Source: a virus. From it: a stretch of 64,000 nt of DNA. Below the pieces are notes generated by a model that searched no databases, was not told where the DNA came from, and was given only the letters and a program-made list of their open reading frames with translations. The DNA is taken from the IMG/VR virus record IMGVR_UViG_3300042557_000098; one strand, written 5' to 3'. Position numbers and translations under genes: made by a program. Numbering within the stretch: position 1 is the first letter of the stretch; each line of letters opens with the position of its first letter. Shown here piece by piece: positions 31,195 to 40,216 of the stretch.

Positions 31195-32092
31195 TTCTTA
31201 CTCTTCTTTGTTTAGTCCATGCGTCTTGCTTCTTAATTTCAGTGTAAGCCATAATGAATGCTTCATCATGTAGCTGTTTGTAATATGCTAGCTTCTGTTG
31301 TATTTGATTAAAAGTTTCATCATTGATTTGATTAGCCAATGTCTCAAACACCTTGTATTTAATAAACGCTTCTACAAACTCTCTAATACGATAGTTATCA
31401 GGAATTAACTGATTACCAATAGCATCATAGTCTGTAGCATAGAATATCATATGAACTATACCACAACCAAAGTTGGTGACAAACTTATTATCTCTAATAT
31501 CAAAGCTATCATATCCTGCTGATCCTGGAGTGAACTCATGTATAGGAGGAGCAGGTGTGTAGAATTCCCAAGCATCTGTATAACTTACATCACACTTACC
31601 TTGACAAGATATATTACCTGGTTTTAATAAGTATTCTCTCTTTATTGATCTAGCAATCTGTTGATTGGTTTTATATACTGCTTGGATGATATCAGGCATA
31701 CACGTAGGACATCCTGTTGTACATTGTGGATTTGTACATGGTACAGTTCCACTAATAATAGGAGAGACTTGTATTGTTGTTTGAGAAGCAGCTTGAGAAT
31801 AGAACGAGTTAGCTGTTTGATATGGGTAGTTAGATGGTATCTCTGTACACATCCAAGCTTCCCTAACAGCAAAGAAGTTGTCAGGAAGTCTAGCCTCAAA
31901 GCCAGAAATATCCAAGGTTTGTTCAGCAATGACATAACTTGACCTACCCAACTTCTGTAGACACTTGTCTAAATAAGTAGGGAAAAGCAAATCATCCACT
32001 GCTCCTGTGTCAAAGTAAGATTTTAACTCTTCCTTAACAATTGAATAAACTGGTTCAGGTGAGACAAAATTGTATTTGTAGTAGTATGACAT
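31121..32092 (-). CDS. 323-aa structural protein (tail module)
   Basis: ORF with an ATG start, tiled within the operon. Confidence 0.7.
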   Translation of the reverse strand: MSYYYKYNFVSPEPVYSIVKEELKSYFDTGAVDDLLFPTYLDKCLQKLGRSSYVIAEQTLDISGFEARLPDNFFAVREAWMCTEIPSNYPYQTANSFYSQAASQTTIQVSPIISGTVPCTNPQCTTGCPTCMPDIIQAVYKTNQQIARSIKREYLLKPGNISCQGKCDVSYTDAWEFYTPAPPIHEFTPGSAGYDSFDIRDNKFVTNFGCGIVHMIFYATDYDAIGNQLIPDNYRIREFVEAFIKYKVFETLANQINDETFNQIQQKLAYYKQLHDEAFIMAYTEIKKQDAWTKQRRVRNDLQRFGQYELPNRSSRYGRGWNR

Positions 32093-32098
32093 GTTCTT

Positions 32099-32575
32099 TT
32101 ATTTTTTCCACTCACAATAAATGTGCTGGTATTTATCATCTGTTTTTATGTAATGTGACAGCAATCTAGAAGTGGTACGAGAAGGTTTGAAATACCAAAG
32201 ATTTATATTACGAATCCTAGTGGACTCTTTAAACCACATCCATCCAAAGAAGAACCCTTCTGTATGGAAGTTGAAGTTGTAGATAATCTTTCCTTTTTGT
32301 TTTGTCTTTTGCCAATCAACTGGTAGGTTAACTATCTCCTTTCCATCAACTGTCTTTGTTTTTCTTCTCTTCTTTTTATTGATAGAGAACTCACCAAAGC
32401 CAAAAGGAAGTCTTGCTTTCTCTCCTGTTTCTAGAATGTAGTTTTTAAAATTGTCATTATATAAATATATAATGTTTCGCCACTCATCAAATGTAATTTT
32501 TATGGTGGGATGTTTCTTACAAAAGTTACTATAGTTTTCTTTACTAGAGCTTCTCCAGTCTATCTTAGTACGCAT
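32099..32575 (-). CDS. 158-aa hypothetical protein
   Basis: ORF with an ATG start; TAATG-coupled to the upstream gene. Confidence 0.6.
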   Translation of the reverse strand: MRTKIDWRSSSKENYSNFCKKHPTIKITFDEWRNIIYLYNDNFKNYILETGEKARLPFGFGEFSINKKKRRKTKTVDGKEIVNLPVDWQKTKQKGKIIYNFNFHTEGFFFGWMWFKESTRIRNINLWYFKPSRTTSRLLSHYIKTDDKYQHIYCEWKK

Positions 32576-33312
32576 TAGCTTGTTGGTTTTGCATTGGGAG
32601 CTTGTCCATCAATGCCATCAAATGTTTGGTCTGTTTTAATGCTAAAGTATGTCGATAATAGTTTTTGAGAAGTAAGTTGTAACACTTGTGTTATTAAGTA
32701 TCCTGGGCATCCAAATTCTTTGTCTAATGGATTTATACAATATTCCTCATCAGTTACAGTGGGAATATTTCCACAACTACAATCATCAGGATATAAAATA
32801 CTGTTTGGAACATCTTCTTCAAAGAATGCAGATATTCTAACTGATTGTAAGTTAGGATTGTTAATATATAAATACCCACCATTAGCTATCCAATAGTATT
32901 GTTCAGCTCTGATAATAGGTAGCTTTAATAGATTTAAGTATCTATTGATTGTAATCTCTTTGAATCTTTTTCCTTTACCACCCATAGCGTTGATAGAATA
33001 AACACCTTGGATTAAGTATTGATAGTTTCCTTCACTGATACGAGGAAGCTTATATTTGCTTCTTGCAACTTGACAAGGGTCCACATATTCACAACAATCA
33101 GAAATAGGTACCTCTATCATTTCCAAACAAGGAAGTGTTTGGAATACAGTATCAGTAGCCCAAAGCTTTCTGAGATTAGTCTCACGCTTGATTAGTAAAA
33201 ATGTGTTGTTCTTGATTTCAGACGCAACCACTCTATCAGTAATTAGATTATCTGTAGTGAGCAATTTATGTACTGAACGTACATCTGAAACCATTTGTCT
33301 TAATGTTGCCAT
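32575..33312 (-). CDS. 245-aa hypothetical structural protein
   Basis: ORF with an ATG start; TAATG coupling on both sides. Confidence 0.65.
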   Translation of the reverse strand: MATLRQMVSDVRSVHKLLTTDNLITDRVVASEIKNNTFLLIKRETNLRKLWATDTVFQTLPCLEMIEVPISDCCEYVDPCQVARSKYKLPRISEGNYQYLIQGVYSINAMGGKGKRFKEITINRYLNLLKLPIIRAEQYYWIANGGYLYINNPNLQSVRISAFFEEDVPNSILYPDDCSCGNIPTVTDEEYCINPLDKEFGCPGYLITQVLQLTSQKLLSTYFSIKTDQTFDGIDGQAPNAKPTS

Positions 33313-34562
33313 TATAAATACTGTTTGAATATATTTGTCATTCCATCACAGTCATCTATTAAAAATCCTGTTACTTCTGCCTTGGACATTGTGTGACCCA
33401 TCTTGTCGTCCCAAAGACTTTTAGCATTTGAAAATGCTGGAATTTGATAAAACTTTATACCATTAAAATCATGACTCACCTCATGGTGTTTGTCTCCTGT
33501 GAAGATGTAGAACTTGCTATGACTAGACCAATGTTCTCTAAACTCTATTGGGAACAAAGCTGCAAGCTTAGCTGGTTTGATAGCATCTCCATGGTTAAAC
33601 ATCAATGCTGAATCACCATAGCTTACATACTTTCTATACTTAGGAGATAAATCAAATGCTAATCTCTCTGTATTTCTGAAGTAGGTTTGTAACCAGTTAA
33701 CTAAATGCCAACCTACAAACTCATCATGATTACCTGCCACATAGATTACATTTACATTCTGAGCATATTGTAATAACATTGTAATCATCAAAACCTCATG
33801 TCCACAGATGTATTCAAAAGATGTATGATATGTATGTGTGTTCTGTTGAGGAGTTCCTTTTGTAGTGGCATTGGTATACTCACTGTTAAACTCATCAGAT
33901 CCTATTATGTAAGTTATGTTCTGCAAGTTGTTGGATAACTGAGCTTGATTAGCTATCAGTTCCACCTTGTACATAATGTTAGCTAGTCTATCTGCCACAT
34001 TATTGTTACCATCTATGTCCCATTTGTTTAAGTGAGAGTCTTGTTTGTTGATAACTAACATACCATTTGGTTTGTTAAAGTCAACCTTAGGACTCATAAC
34101 TTCTTGAGACACAGGCTTATATGAAGCTAAAAAGTCTACAAAAACATCTTGAAAAACTTGCTCTGTAGACTTCTTCCCTAACCATGCTTTGACTTGCCAA
34201 TGAGGATTGTTTCCATTTCCCCAGAAGTTTTGGACATATTTGGTTATCTCCCACTTCTCTGTATCTATCTTACATTTCTCAATAAGCTCATCAAGACTCT
34301 TAACCTCTTCGCTAAAGTTGGCTACAACTTCTCCTGTACCCTTAGCCAAATCTTCTGTAAACTTAATTACCCTGTCTTCCAACTCAGCAATATAGTTTCC
34401 TATCTCAGCATCTTCTTCACTCTTCTCTTGATTTCTTAATTCTTTTAATAGCTCATCCACCTCAAACTCTGTAATTCCAAGCTTATCAGCATAGAACTTT
34501 TTACTTTTTTTCCAGTGTAGAATCTCTTCTAGCTGTTGCAGCAAGGATTGATTTTCAGGCAT
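33312..34562 (-). CDS. 416-aa calcineurin-like metallophosphoesterase
   Basis: Motifs QDSHLNK (DxH), IIGSDE, YVAGNHDEF (GNHD/E), FNHGDA and TGDKHHE (GHxH-like) appear in the canonical order. Confidence 0.7.
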   Translation of the reverse strand: MPENQSLLQQLEEILHWKKSKKFYADKLGITEFEVDELLKELRNQEKSEEDAEIGNYIAELEDRVIKFTEDLAKGTGEVVANFSEEVKSLDELIEKCKIDTEKWEITKYVQNFWGNGNNPHWQVKAWLGKKSTEQVFQDVFVDFLASYKPVSQEVMSPKVDFNKPNGMLVINKQDSHLNKWDIDGNNNVADRLANIMYKVELIANQAQLSNNLQNITYIIGSDEFNSEYTNATTKGTPQQNTHTYHTSFEYICGHEVLMITMLLQYAQNVNVIYVAGNHDEFVGWHLVNWLQTYFRNTERLAFDLSPKYRKYVSYGDSALMFNHGDAIKPAKLAALFPIEFREHWSSHSKFYIFTGDKHHEVSHDFNGIKFYQIPAFSNAKSLWDDKMGHTMSKAEVTGFLIDDCDGMTNIFKQYL

Positions 34563-34590
34563 ATGTAGTTTAGTTTAGTTAAAATTACTG

Positions 34591-34622
34591 TAAAGGTAGG
34601 AATTATTTTTGACATTTTCAAA
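34591..34622 (-). promoter_or_regulatory. Promoter-like element TTTG-N20-TACCTTTA, 28 nt upstream of the phosphoesterase gene and directly after a terminator
   Basis: Near-consensus; same spacing and the same downstream AACTACATATG leader as the 46830 element. Confidence 0.4.
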
Positions 34623-34676
34623 ATTTTGTTAACTAATTTAATTATATAGAATAACTTTTTTAGTTAGAGTTTAAAC

Positions 34677-34706
34677 AAAAAACCCCCAGGGTAGAAACCC
34701 TAGGGG
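34677..34706 (-). terminator. Intrinsic terminator on the minus strand: CCCCTAGGG-tttcta-CCCTGGGGG followed by TTTTTT
   Basis: 9-bp stem with one G-U wobble, 6-nt loop and T6, lying 40 nt after the 34746..35369 stop. Confidence 0.75.
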
Positions 34707-34745
34707 AGACCTTCTGTAAACCAACAAACAGAGGTTTTTAACTAT

Positions 34746-35369
34746 TTATGAATTACAGCTAGCATTTAGACTGAATGAACCAGAGGCACTGAAACAGTTC
34801 ACTGTATCTGTTCTTAAGCGATAGCTACCTGCAGATAAGATGTTAGAAGGTAATGTTGATGTCCAAGTTCCTGGACTCATGCTTGTCTGAGTGTAAGTGA
34901 ACGTATATAAAACTGTATCATTAGCAGCATTCATAATATAACATGCATATGTTCTTGTACCACTTCCACTATAATAGTATCCATTAGGAGTGATCAATGC
35001 TGTTCTTCCTGCACTTACTGTGAACAACGCTGATTCTCCACCTGCACAAGATCCTACAGCACTTGTGTCACCAGTGAGACAAGGTACAGTAAATGTAGTT
35101 GTAGATGTTGTTGTAGTAGATGAAGTGCTACTAGTTGTAGTGGTTGTTGCACCACTTAAAAGTATATCAAGATAATTTGTACAAGTGCCTGTAGATTGTA
35201 CTCTGATAACAGAAGCATTATCAGGCACATTTAAAAGATTGTATCCTGCTACTAGTGCAGCTCTAGATACCCCTGTTGCTAGAGCAGTGGTATATCCATC
35301 TACATTTGAATAAAGGTTAAAGGGACCTACGTCTGTCCCTGCTAAAGTTAATGTTACTAAGACTGTCAT
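34746..35369 (-). CDS. 207-aa fibre-like protein: shared N-terminal GPFNLYSN module, then a poly-Thr linker and a Cys-containing C-terminal domain
   Basis: N-terminal paralogy with the 25189..25623 product; followed 40 nt downstream by a strong intrinsic terminator. Confidence 0.7.
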   Translation of the reverse strand: MTVLVTLTLAGTDVGPFNLYSNVDGYTTALATGVSRAALVAGYNLLNVPDNASVIRVQSTGTCTNYLDILLSGATTTTTSSTSSTTTTSTTTFTVPCLTGDTSAVGSCAGGESALFTVSAGRTALITPNGYYYSGSGTRTYACYIMNAANDTVLYTFTYTQTSMSPGTWTSTLPSNILSAGSYRLRTDTVNCFSASGSFSLNASCNS

Positions 35370-35399
35370 ATTATTGATTTGTTTGGTTTATTTATTAAT

Positions 35400-36737
35400 C
35401 TAAGTATTTAATAATGCCTTTCTATATATTTGCTGCCATCCAAGACCTGTTGTTGCTTTTGGTATAAACGATGTTCCTCCATTTATACTATAATTAAACT
35501 GTCCTACGTTGTTAAGCATCATTGCAATGTAATTATTTGTAATACCTCCAGTGACTGCTGTACCACCAGCTATAGCAATATTATTATTATACCCACTACT
35601 TACTGTAAAAGAACTACCTGAATTAGATGATGCTATGACTAAAGGTGAAAAATTTGAGGGATTATAAAATGGTGTGTTTGTAAACTCATTTGTAGCTCCC
35701 ACCATAACTTGACCATTATCTGATATAGTGGCAGAGACAAATCCAGAATGTCTTGGCTGAGAAATTCCAACAGTGTTTGAATATCTTTCAGCATCGCTTG
35801 CACCAAAATTATTTGAAACATACGCTTTCACACCTTGTGATCCACCTATTCCAGGTCTCATCCAATCAGTTGTTAAAAACTGATTTTGACCTGTTCCATC
35901 TAATGCAATATCAAAAAATCTTGAAAACTCAGTACCTGAACTTCTAGTCCAAGAAGCTCCATAATTACTTGAGTAAATTCTAAATGACCAAGGTCTTGGT
36001 CTATTAATACCTCCAGGGTCTACTTGGTAAGAATAAACAGCAGTCATATATTGACCATTACCTGATACAGATATTTTAAATGGATAGTCTTGATACATAT
36101 CAACATTCATAGAATCTGTGTATATAGTACTAAATGAATTACCATAATCTGATGATGCTGTAAGTACAGCTTGTTTAAGACCTGATGCAGTTAAAGTGTT
36201 TGTTAGACCTGCTATACCTATGTATTGTCCATTATTAGACATGGCCACACTTGTTGGATAAAAGTTGCCACCAAAAACCCCACTTATTAACTTTTGTGTG
36301 AATGTTGAACCACCATCACTAGATAGATAAACTACAAGATTTAATGAATTAGTAACAACTGCAATATATGTTCCTGTACTATCTCCTGCTATTCCCATCC
36401 AGTTGTAAGCTGACGTAAGACCTGATAATGCTGTAAAAGTGTTTCCTCCATCTAATGATTTATAAGCAGCTGTATTTCCTACTCCATACATTGTGTAGGG
36501 AGACGAACTAACAACAATACCTGATAAGTCTTCTTTAGTTACTAATTGATTTGATGCTTTGGCAGCAAATGATGGCAGTGATGTATTTATATTTACATAT
36601 GTATCAGCATCAGTTTTTGTTATTTGTTCAGTACTAACTGGTATACTAGTCTTAGCAGTAAATGCACCTTGATCTACACCACTTTGTAAATTATTAAAAC
36701 TAATTGTCTGATTTTGACCTAAATCATTATATGCCAT
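35400..36737 (-). CDS. 445-aa BNR/Asp-box repeat beta-propeller protein (sialidase- or glycosidase-like receptor-binding or depolymerase candidate)
   Basis: Four to five S-x-D-x-G-x-T-[WF] repeats: SLDGGNTFT, SSDGGSTFT, SSDYGNSFS, SSNYGASWT, INGGTSFI. Confidence 0.7.
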   Translation of the reverse strand: MAYNDLGQNQTISFNNLQSGVDQGAFTAKTSIPVSTEQITKTDADTYVNINTSLPSFAAKASNQLVTKEDLSGIVVSSSPYTMYGVGNTAAYKSLDGGNTFTALSGLTSAYNWMGIAGDSTGTYIAVVTNSLNLVVYLSSDGGSTFTQKLISGVFGGNFYPTSVAMSNNGQYIGIAGLTNTLTASGLKQAVLTASSDYGNSFSTIYTDSMNVDMYQDYPFKISVSGNGQYMTAVYSYQVDPGGINRPRPWSFRIYSSNYGASWTRSSGTEFSRFFDIALDGTGQNQFLTTDWMRPGIGGSQGVKAYVSNNFGASDAERYSNTVGISQPRHSGFVSATISDNGQVMVGATNEFTNTPFYNPSNFSPLVIASSNSGSSFTVSSGYNNNIAIAGGTAVTGGITNNYIAMMLNNVGQFNYSINGGTSFIPKATTGLGWQQIYRKALLNT

Positions 36738-36739
36738 AG

Positions 36740-38629
36740 TTATTTTAATTTAGCTTCTAACTCTGCAATACGTTTTTCTAATGCTGCTATTTTTAATGTG
36801 TGAACATCCATATAGTTTACACTTAACTTTTTTTCTCCTGAAACAGCATCTGGTAATACAGACTGCACCTGTTGTGCTGAATATCCATATCTAACTTGAT
36901 TAGATTCTTCATCTGTACGAATAAACTTAATTACATCTATTGCAGATAAGTCTATGCTTGGATTAGTCTCAAGCACATTCTTATATCTAATGTCAGAGGT
37001 TTCAAAGAATCCTGTAGCACTGATTGCTGTATTAGATACCCATCCTGAAGCTGTAAATGCATAAAATGAAAAACCTAATGCTGAGTTATATATACCTTTA
37101 TCTACAACATCATTTACAAAGTTACCAGCAGTCTTTACTTCTGTAGCACTATATACACCTCCACTACATTCAAGACTTTGTCCTGAGCCACCAACAGCAT
37201 TAATAGATACATATCTAGTAAAATTAACTACAGTTCCATTATCTGTTATAGGAGCATCACCAAGTGTTGAAGCACTTGTAAATTTACCTATTGTATTAGT
37301 TGTTCCAGAAAGTGCTACTGATGATCCTGATGATCCTGAAGTTCCAGATGTACCATTTCCACCATTAGCACCACTTGTACCACTTGAACCAGATGTTCCA
37401 CTTGAACCAACCCCACCATTTGCACCTGAAGTTCCACTAGTTCCACTAGTTCCATTTGGACCAGTAGGTCCAGCACCACCATTTGCACCTGAGGTACCAG
37501 ATGTACCATTTGTTAATCCACTAGATCCTGATGTTGCAGAAGTACCTGAAGAACCAGAAGTACCACTTGTTCCAGTAGTTCCAGAAGACCCAGAAGACCC
37601 AGAAGATGCACTTGTACCAGACGAACCAGAAGACGCACTTGTTCCTGAAGAACCAGAGGTAGCAGATGTACCACTAGTTCCAGAAGTTCCACTTGTTCCA
37701 GAGGAACCAGAAGATGCACTCGTCCCAGATGATCCAGAAGATGCAGACGTTCCAGAACTTGCTGAAGTTCCAGCAGTTCCAGTTGTTCCATTAGTACCAG
37801 AAGTTCCAGTGCTGCCTGAAGTACCAGAAGATCCATTACCTCCAGCAGCTCCTGCTAAGTTTACATTCCAAGAAGTATAAGTTCCTGAACCTAAAACTGC
37901 TCCAATATTTACTACTAAAACTCCTGTTAAACTATCATATGATGTAACAGATCCTGTCATAGTATTACTAACATCATATGCTATAGTTGCAGATTGAGCA
38001 ACACTGTATGCTAGGTTTGTTCCAACAGTTAATGTTTTTGAACCTAAACCTATTGATAATGAATCAGTAGAAGTAGTTCTATATCTATCTCCATCTTGAC
38101 CAGCAGTTCCACTTGTTCCAACAGTTCCAGATGTACCAGCTTCACCACTAGTGCCACTTGCACCAGCAGTACCACTTGTGGCACTAGTTCCATTACTACC
38201 ACTTATACCAGAAGAACCATCAACTCCACTAGATCCATCTTTTCCAGCTGTACCAGCTGTACCACTAGTTCCATCAGAAGATATACCAGAACTTCCATCT
38301 TTTCCAGAAGAACCAGATGAGCCATCAGTACCAGAAGAACCAGAAGAACCTGATGTACCTCCAGAACCATTTACTCCAGAAGTTCCAGTTTTACCACTAG
38401 AACCAGATGTTCCAGAAGTACCATTCAAACCAACTACACCATTACTAAATGCGTCATCTATTTTTGATAGAGCACAGTCTAGATTATCTCCAGTTTGAAT
38501 TCCTGAATATGGTAAGTTAGGTCCATTATATATAACACGATCTGCTGTTGTTTCACAAGGGAAAGAACCACAGTTTTCGTTTGGATGATAGTATGCGTTG
38601 TAGCAAGGATCGCCAGGATTACAAGCCAT
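36740..38629 (-). CDS. 629-aa tail fibre with long collagen-like G-x-x repeats and a C-terminal peptidase S74 intramolecular chaperone auto-processing domain
   Basis: About 300 aa of GTS/GSS triplets. The C-terminus reads SDIRYKN...GYSAQQVQSVLPDAV...LEKRIAELEAKLK, the S74 SD.R.K signature plus its terminal coiled coil. Confidence 0.85.
   Translation of the reverse strand: MACNPGDPCYNAYYHPNENCGSFPCETTADRVIYNGPNLPYSGIQTGDNLDCALSKIDDAFSNGVVGLNGTSGTSGSSGKTGTSGVNGSGGTSGSSGSSGTDGSSGSSGKDGSSGISSDGTSGTAGTAGKDGSSGVDGSSGISGSNGTSATSGTAGASGTSGEAGTSGTVGTSGTAGQDGDRYRTTSTDSLSIGLGSKTLTVGTNLAYSVAQSATIAYDVSNTMTGSVTSYDSLTGVLVVNIGAVLGSGTYTSWNVNLAGAAGGNGSSGTSGSTGTSGTNGTTGTAGTSASSGTSASSGSSGTSASSGSSGTSGTSGTSGTSATSGSSGTSASSGSSGTSASSGSSGSSGTTGTSGTSGSSGTSATSGSSGLTNGTSGTSGANGGAGPTGPNGTSGTSGTSGANGGVGSSGTSGSSGTSGANGGNGTSGTSGSSGSSVALSGTTNTIGKFTSASTLGDAPITDNGTVVNFTRYVSINAVGGSGQSLECSGGVYSATEVKTAGNFVNDVVDKGIYNSALGFSFYAFTASGWVSNTAISATGFFETSDIRYKNVLETNPSIDLSAIDVIKFIRTDEESNQVRYGYSAQQVQSVLPDAVSGEKKLSVNYMDVHTLKIAALEKRIAELEAKLK
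37300..38450. repeat. Degenerate tandem 9-nt (GGN-ACN-AGN) repeats encoding the collagen-like Gly-x-x array
   Basis: Visible periodicity (ccagaagaaccagaag..., gttccagaagttccact...). It also generates the spurious opposite-frame ORFs. Confidence 0.7.
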
Positions 38630-38649
38630 TTTATAGTTAGTTTAAAAGA

Positions 38650-39819
38650 TTAAGGAATGTACATTATATAGTATGCAGCAATCACAGGTTGTATGTTAGG
38701 ATGAGATCCTCCACCACCTGCATTACCATTAGCAACACTTACACTAAGTGATACAGGGCCAGCTCCACTTGCACTACTTATACCAGAGTTATGTACTTGA
38801 ACATTGGCAGGTTTTATTTTATAACTTGTTGTGTTATTTGCACCATTATCATTTGCAGCAACTTGCAATGCAGTTGGTACACCACCAGACTCACCAGGAC
38901 CTCCTCCTCCCATTATTATGTGAGTGTGGTCTGGCACTGATCCAGATGCCACTACAGTGGCATTGTGAGTGTGTGCAGGAATTTGTGATGTAATCAAAGT
39001 TACAGTGTTTGCTCCTGCTGTGGTATACAAAGCATAGTTTGGATTACCAGCATTAGCTGGATTCACTGCAGCATCTAATGGAGCACCTGGTACATTTTGA
39101 ATAGCACCAACAGCAACACGTCCTCTTTTATCAGGAGTGCCATTTAGACCATTACATAAATATACTTTGAAGAAACCATTTGCTGGGATACCAATACCTG
39201 ATCCATCAAAGTTTGTTAATGGTCCATAGTATTCATAAGCTACAAATGGAACCATCTTTAAATATTGTTGATTAGACCCACCACCTGAACTGCTAGCTAT
39301 ATACGCTGCAATCAAAGCATCTAAGTCTGCCAATTTAACATAGTTTGTATTTACATTAAGTTCAAGAGCAGTTAGTTGAACTATAGTAGCACAAAGTCTG
39401 GTTATAACTGCTTGAACTATTTCATGTGTGTCAGAAGAAGCAGTTACTCCTGTAAGACAACCAATTGTATAATCAGCATTTAATATAGTTATATCAGCAG
39501 CAACAGCAGTAACTTGTGTTTGTAAACTACACACAGATCTTGTTAATGCTTGAAATACTTGTGAGGATGTCCAAGTATTAGGTTGAGAAGTAGCAGGTAA
39601 AAAAGCGTTTATTAAAGCACAACGAATGCTTGAAGCCAAAGTAATTGCATCACCACTTCCAGTAAGAAGAGGTCCTAAATTAGAAATTAAATCTTCTATT
39701 ACAATTTGAAGGTTATCTCCTGTTTGTATTTCTAAAGGAAGACTACTAATCCCTGTATATCTAACACATTGATCAGAAGTAATTTCCACACAGCCATTAT
39801 AGCAACTTTCGCAAGACAT
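38650..39819 (-). CDS. 389-aa tail fibre protein with a phage tail-collar (MdpB-like) domain
   Basis: FFKVYLCNGLNGTPDKRGRVAVGA ... NTVTLITSQIPAHTHN matches the tail-collar consensus (CdG...PDlRGr...LT..qlP.HtH). The N-terminus shares the IQTGDNL module with the collagen-like fibre. Confidence 0.8.
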   Translation of the reverse strand: MSCESCYNGCVEITSDQCVRYTGISSLPLEIQTGDNLQIVIEDLISNLGPLLTGSGDAITLASSIRCALINAFLPATSQPNTWTSSQVFQALTRSVCSLQTQVTAVAADITILNADYTIGCLTGVTASSDTHEIVQAVITRLCATIVQLTALELNVNTNYVKLADLDALIAAYIASSSGGGSNQQYLKMVPFVAYEYYGPLTNFDGSGIGIPANGFFKVYLCNGLNGTPDKRGRVAVGAIQNVPGAPLDAAVNPANAGNPNYALYTTAGANTVTLITSQIPAHTHNATVVASGSVPDHTHIIMGGGGPGESGGVPTALQVAANDNGANNTTSYKIKPANVQVHNSGISSASGAGPVSLSVSVANGNAGGGGSHPNIQPVIAAYYIMYIP

Positions 39820-39827
39820 GGTTTAAT

Positions 39828-40103
39828 TTATTTATAGATTAACACTTTAACTCTGCTTATAACTTCTGAAGTGGTAGGAAGACCACATACCATAGCATAG
39901 TCAGGATTACAAAGTCTATATGTTAATATTTGTTTATAATTTAATAGGTCATTGATTACTTCTCCAGGAATATAATTACTCATGGAGAATACAATATTGT
40001 TATACTGGCGATTTGCCCAGTAAGTAAGTCTTTCATCAATCTGTGTTAATGTAGCTGGAATGCTACCATTAACTACACAATCTGTTAATCTTGGTGATAA
40101 CAT
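39828..40103 (-). CDS. 91-aa hypothetical protein
   Basis: ORF with an ATG start between fibre genes; its first ~35 nt overlap the small Cys-rich ORF in another frame. Confidence 0.5.
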   Translation of the reverse strand: MLSPRLTDCVVNGSIPATLTQIDERLTYWANRQYNNIVFSMSNYIPGEVINDLLNYKQILTYRLCNPDYAMVCGLPTTSEVISRVKVLIYK

Positions 40104-40215
40104 CTTTTATTCTATTTGTAGCGTTCTTAAGTTTGTTGTTGCATGCTGAACATAGGCCATTAATTAATTGACAGCCACATCCCACTCTCATGCCACATCC
40201 TCTACAGTTTGCCAT
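40069..40215 (-). CDS. 48-aa Cys-rich mini-protein (MANCRGCGMRVGCGCQLINGLCSACNNKLKNATNRIKDVITKINRLCS), zinc-ribbon-like. Absent from the ORF track because it is under 60 aa
   Basis: Its ATG lies 1 nt after the stop of the upstream gene. It exactly fills an otherwise empty 113-nt gap and carries C4-x2-C7, C13-x-C15 and C22-x2-C25 spacings. Confidence 0.35.
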   Translation of the reverse strand: MANCRGCGMRVGCGCQLINGLCSACNNKLKNATNRIKDVITKINRLCS

Positions 40216-40216
40216 A

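Noticed and set aside
37315-37836. L/V/Q-rich minus-strand ORFs (64 and 107 aa) and plus-strand ORFs at 38096..38498 inside the collagen-like fibre gene.
   Set aside because: Alternative-frame readings of the (GGN-ACN-AGN)n collagen-repeat DNA; they overlap the true G-x-x frame.
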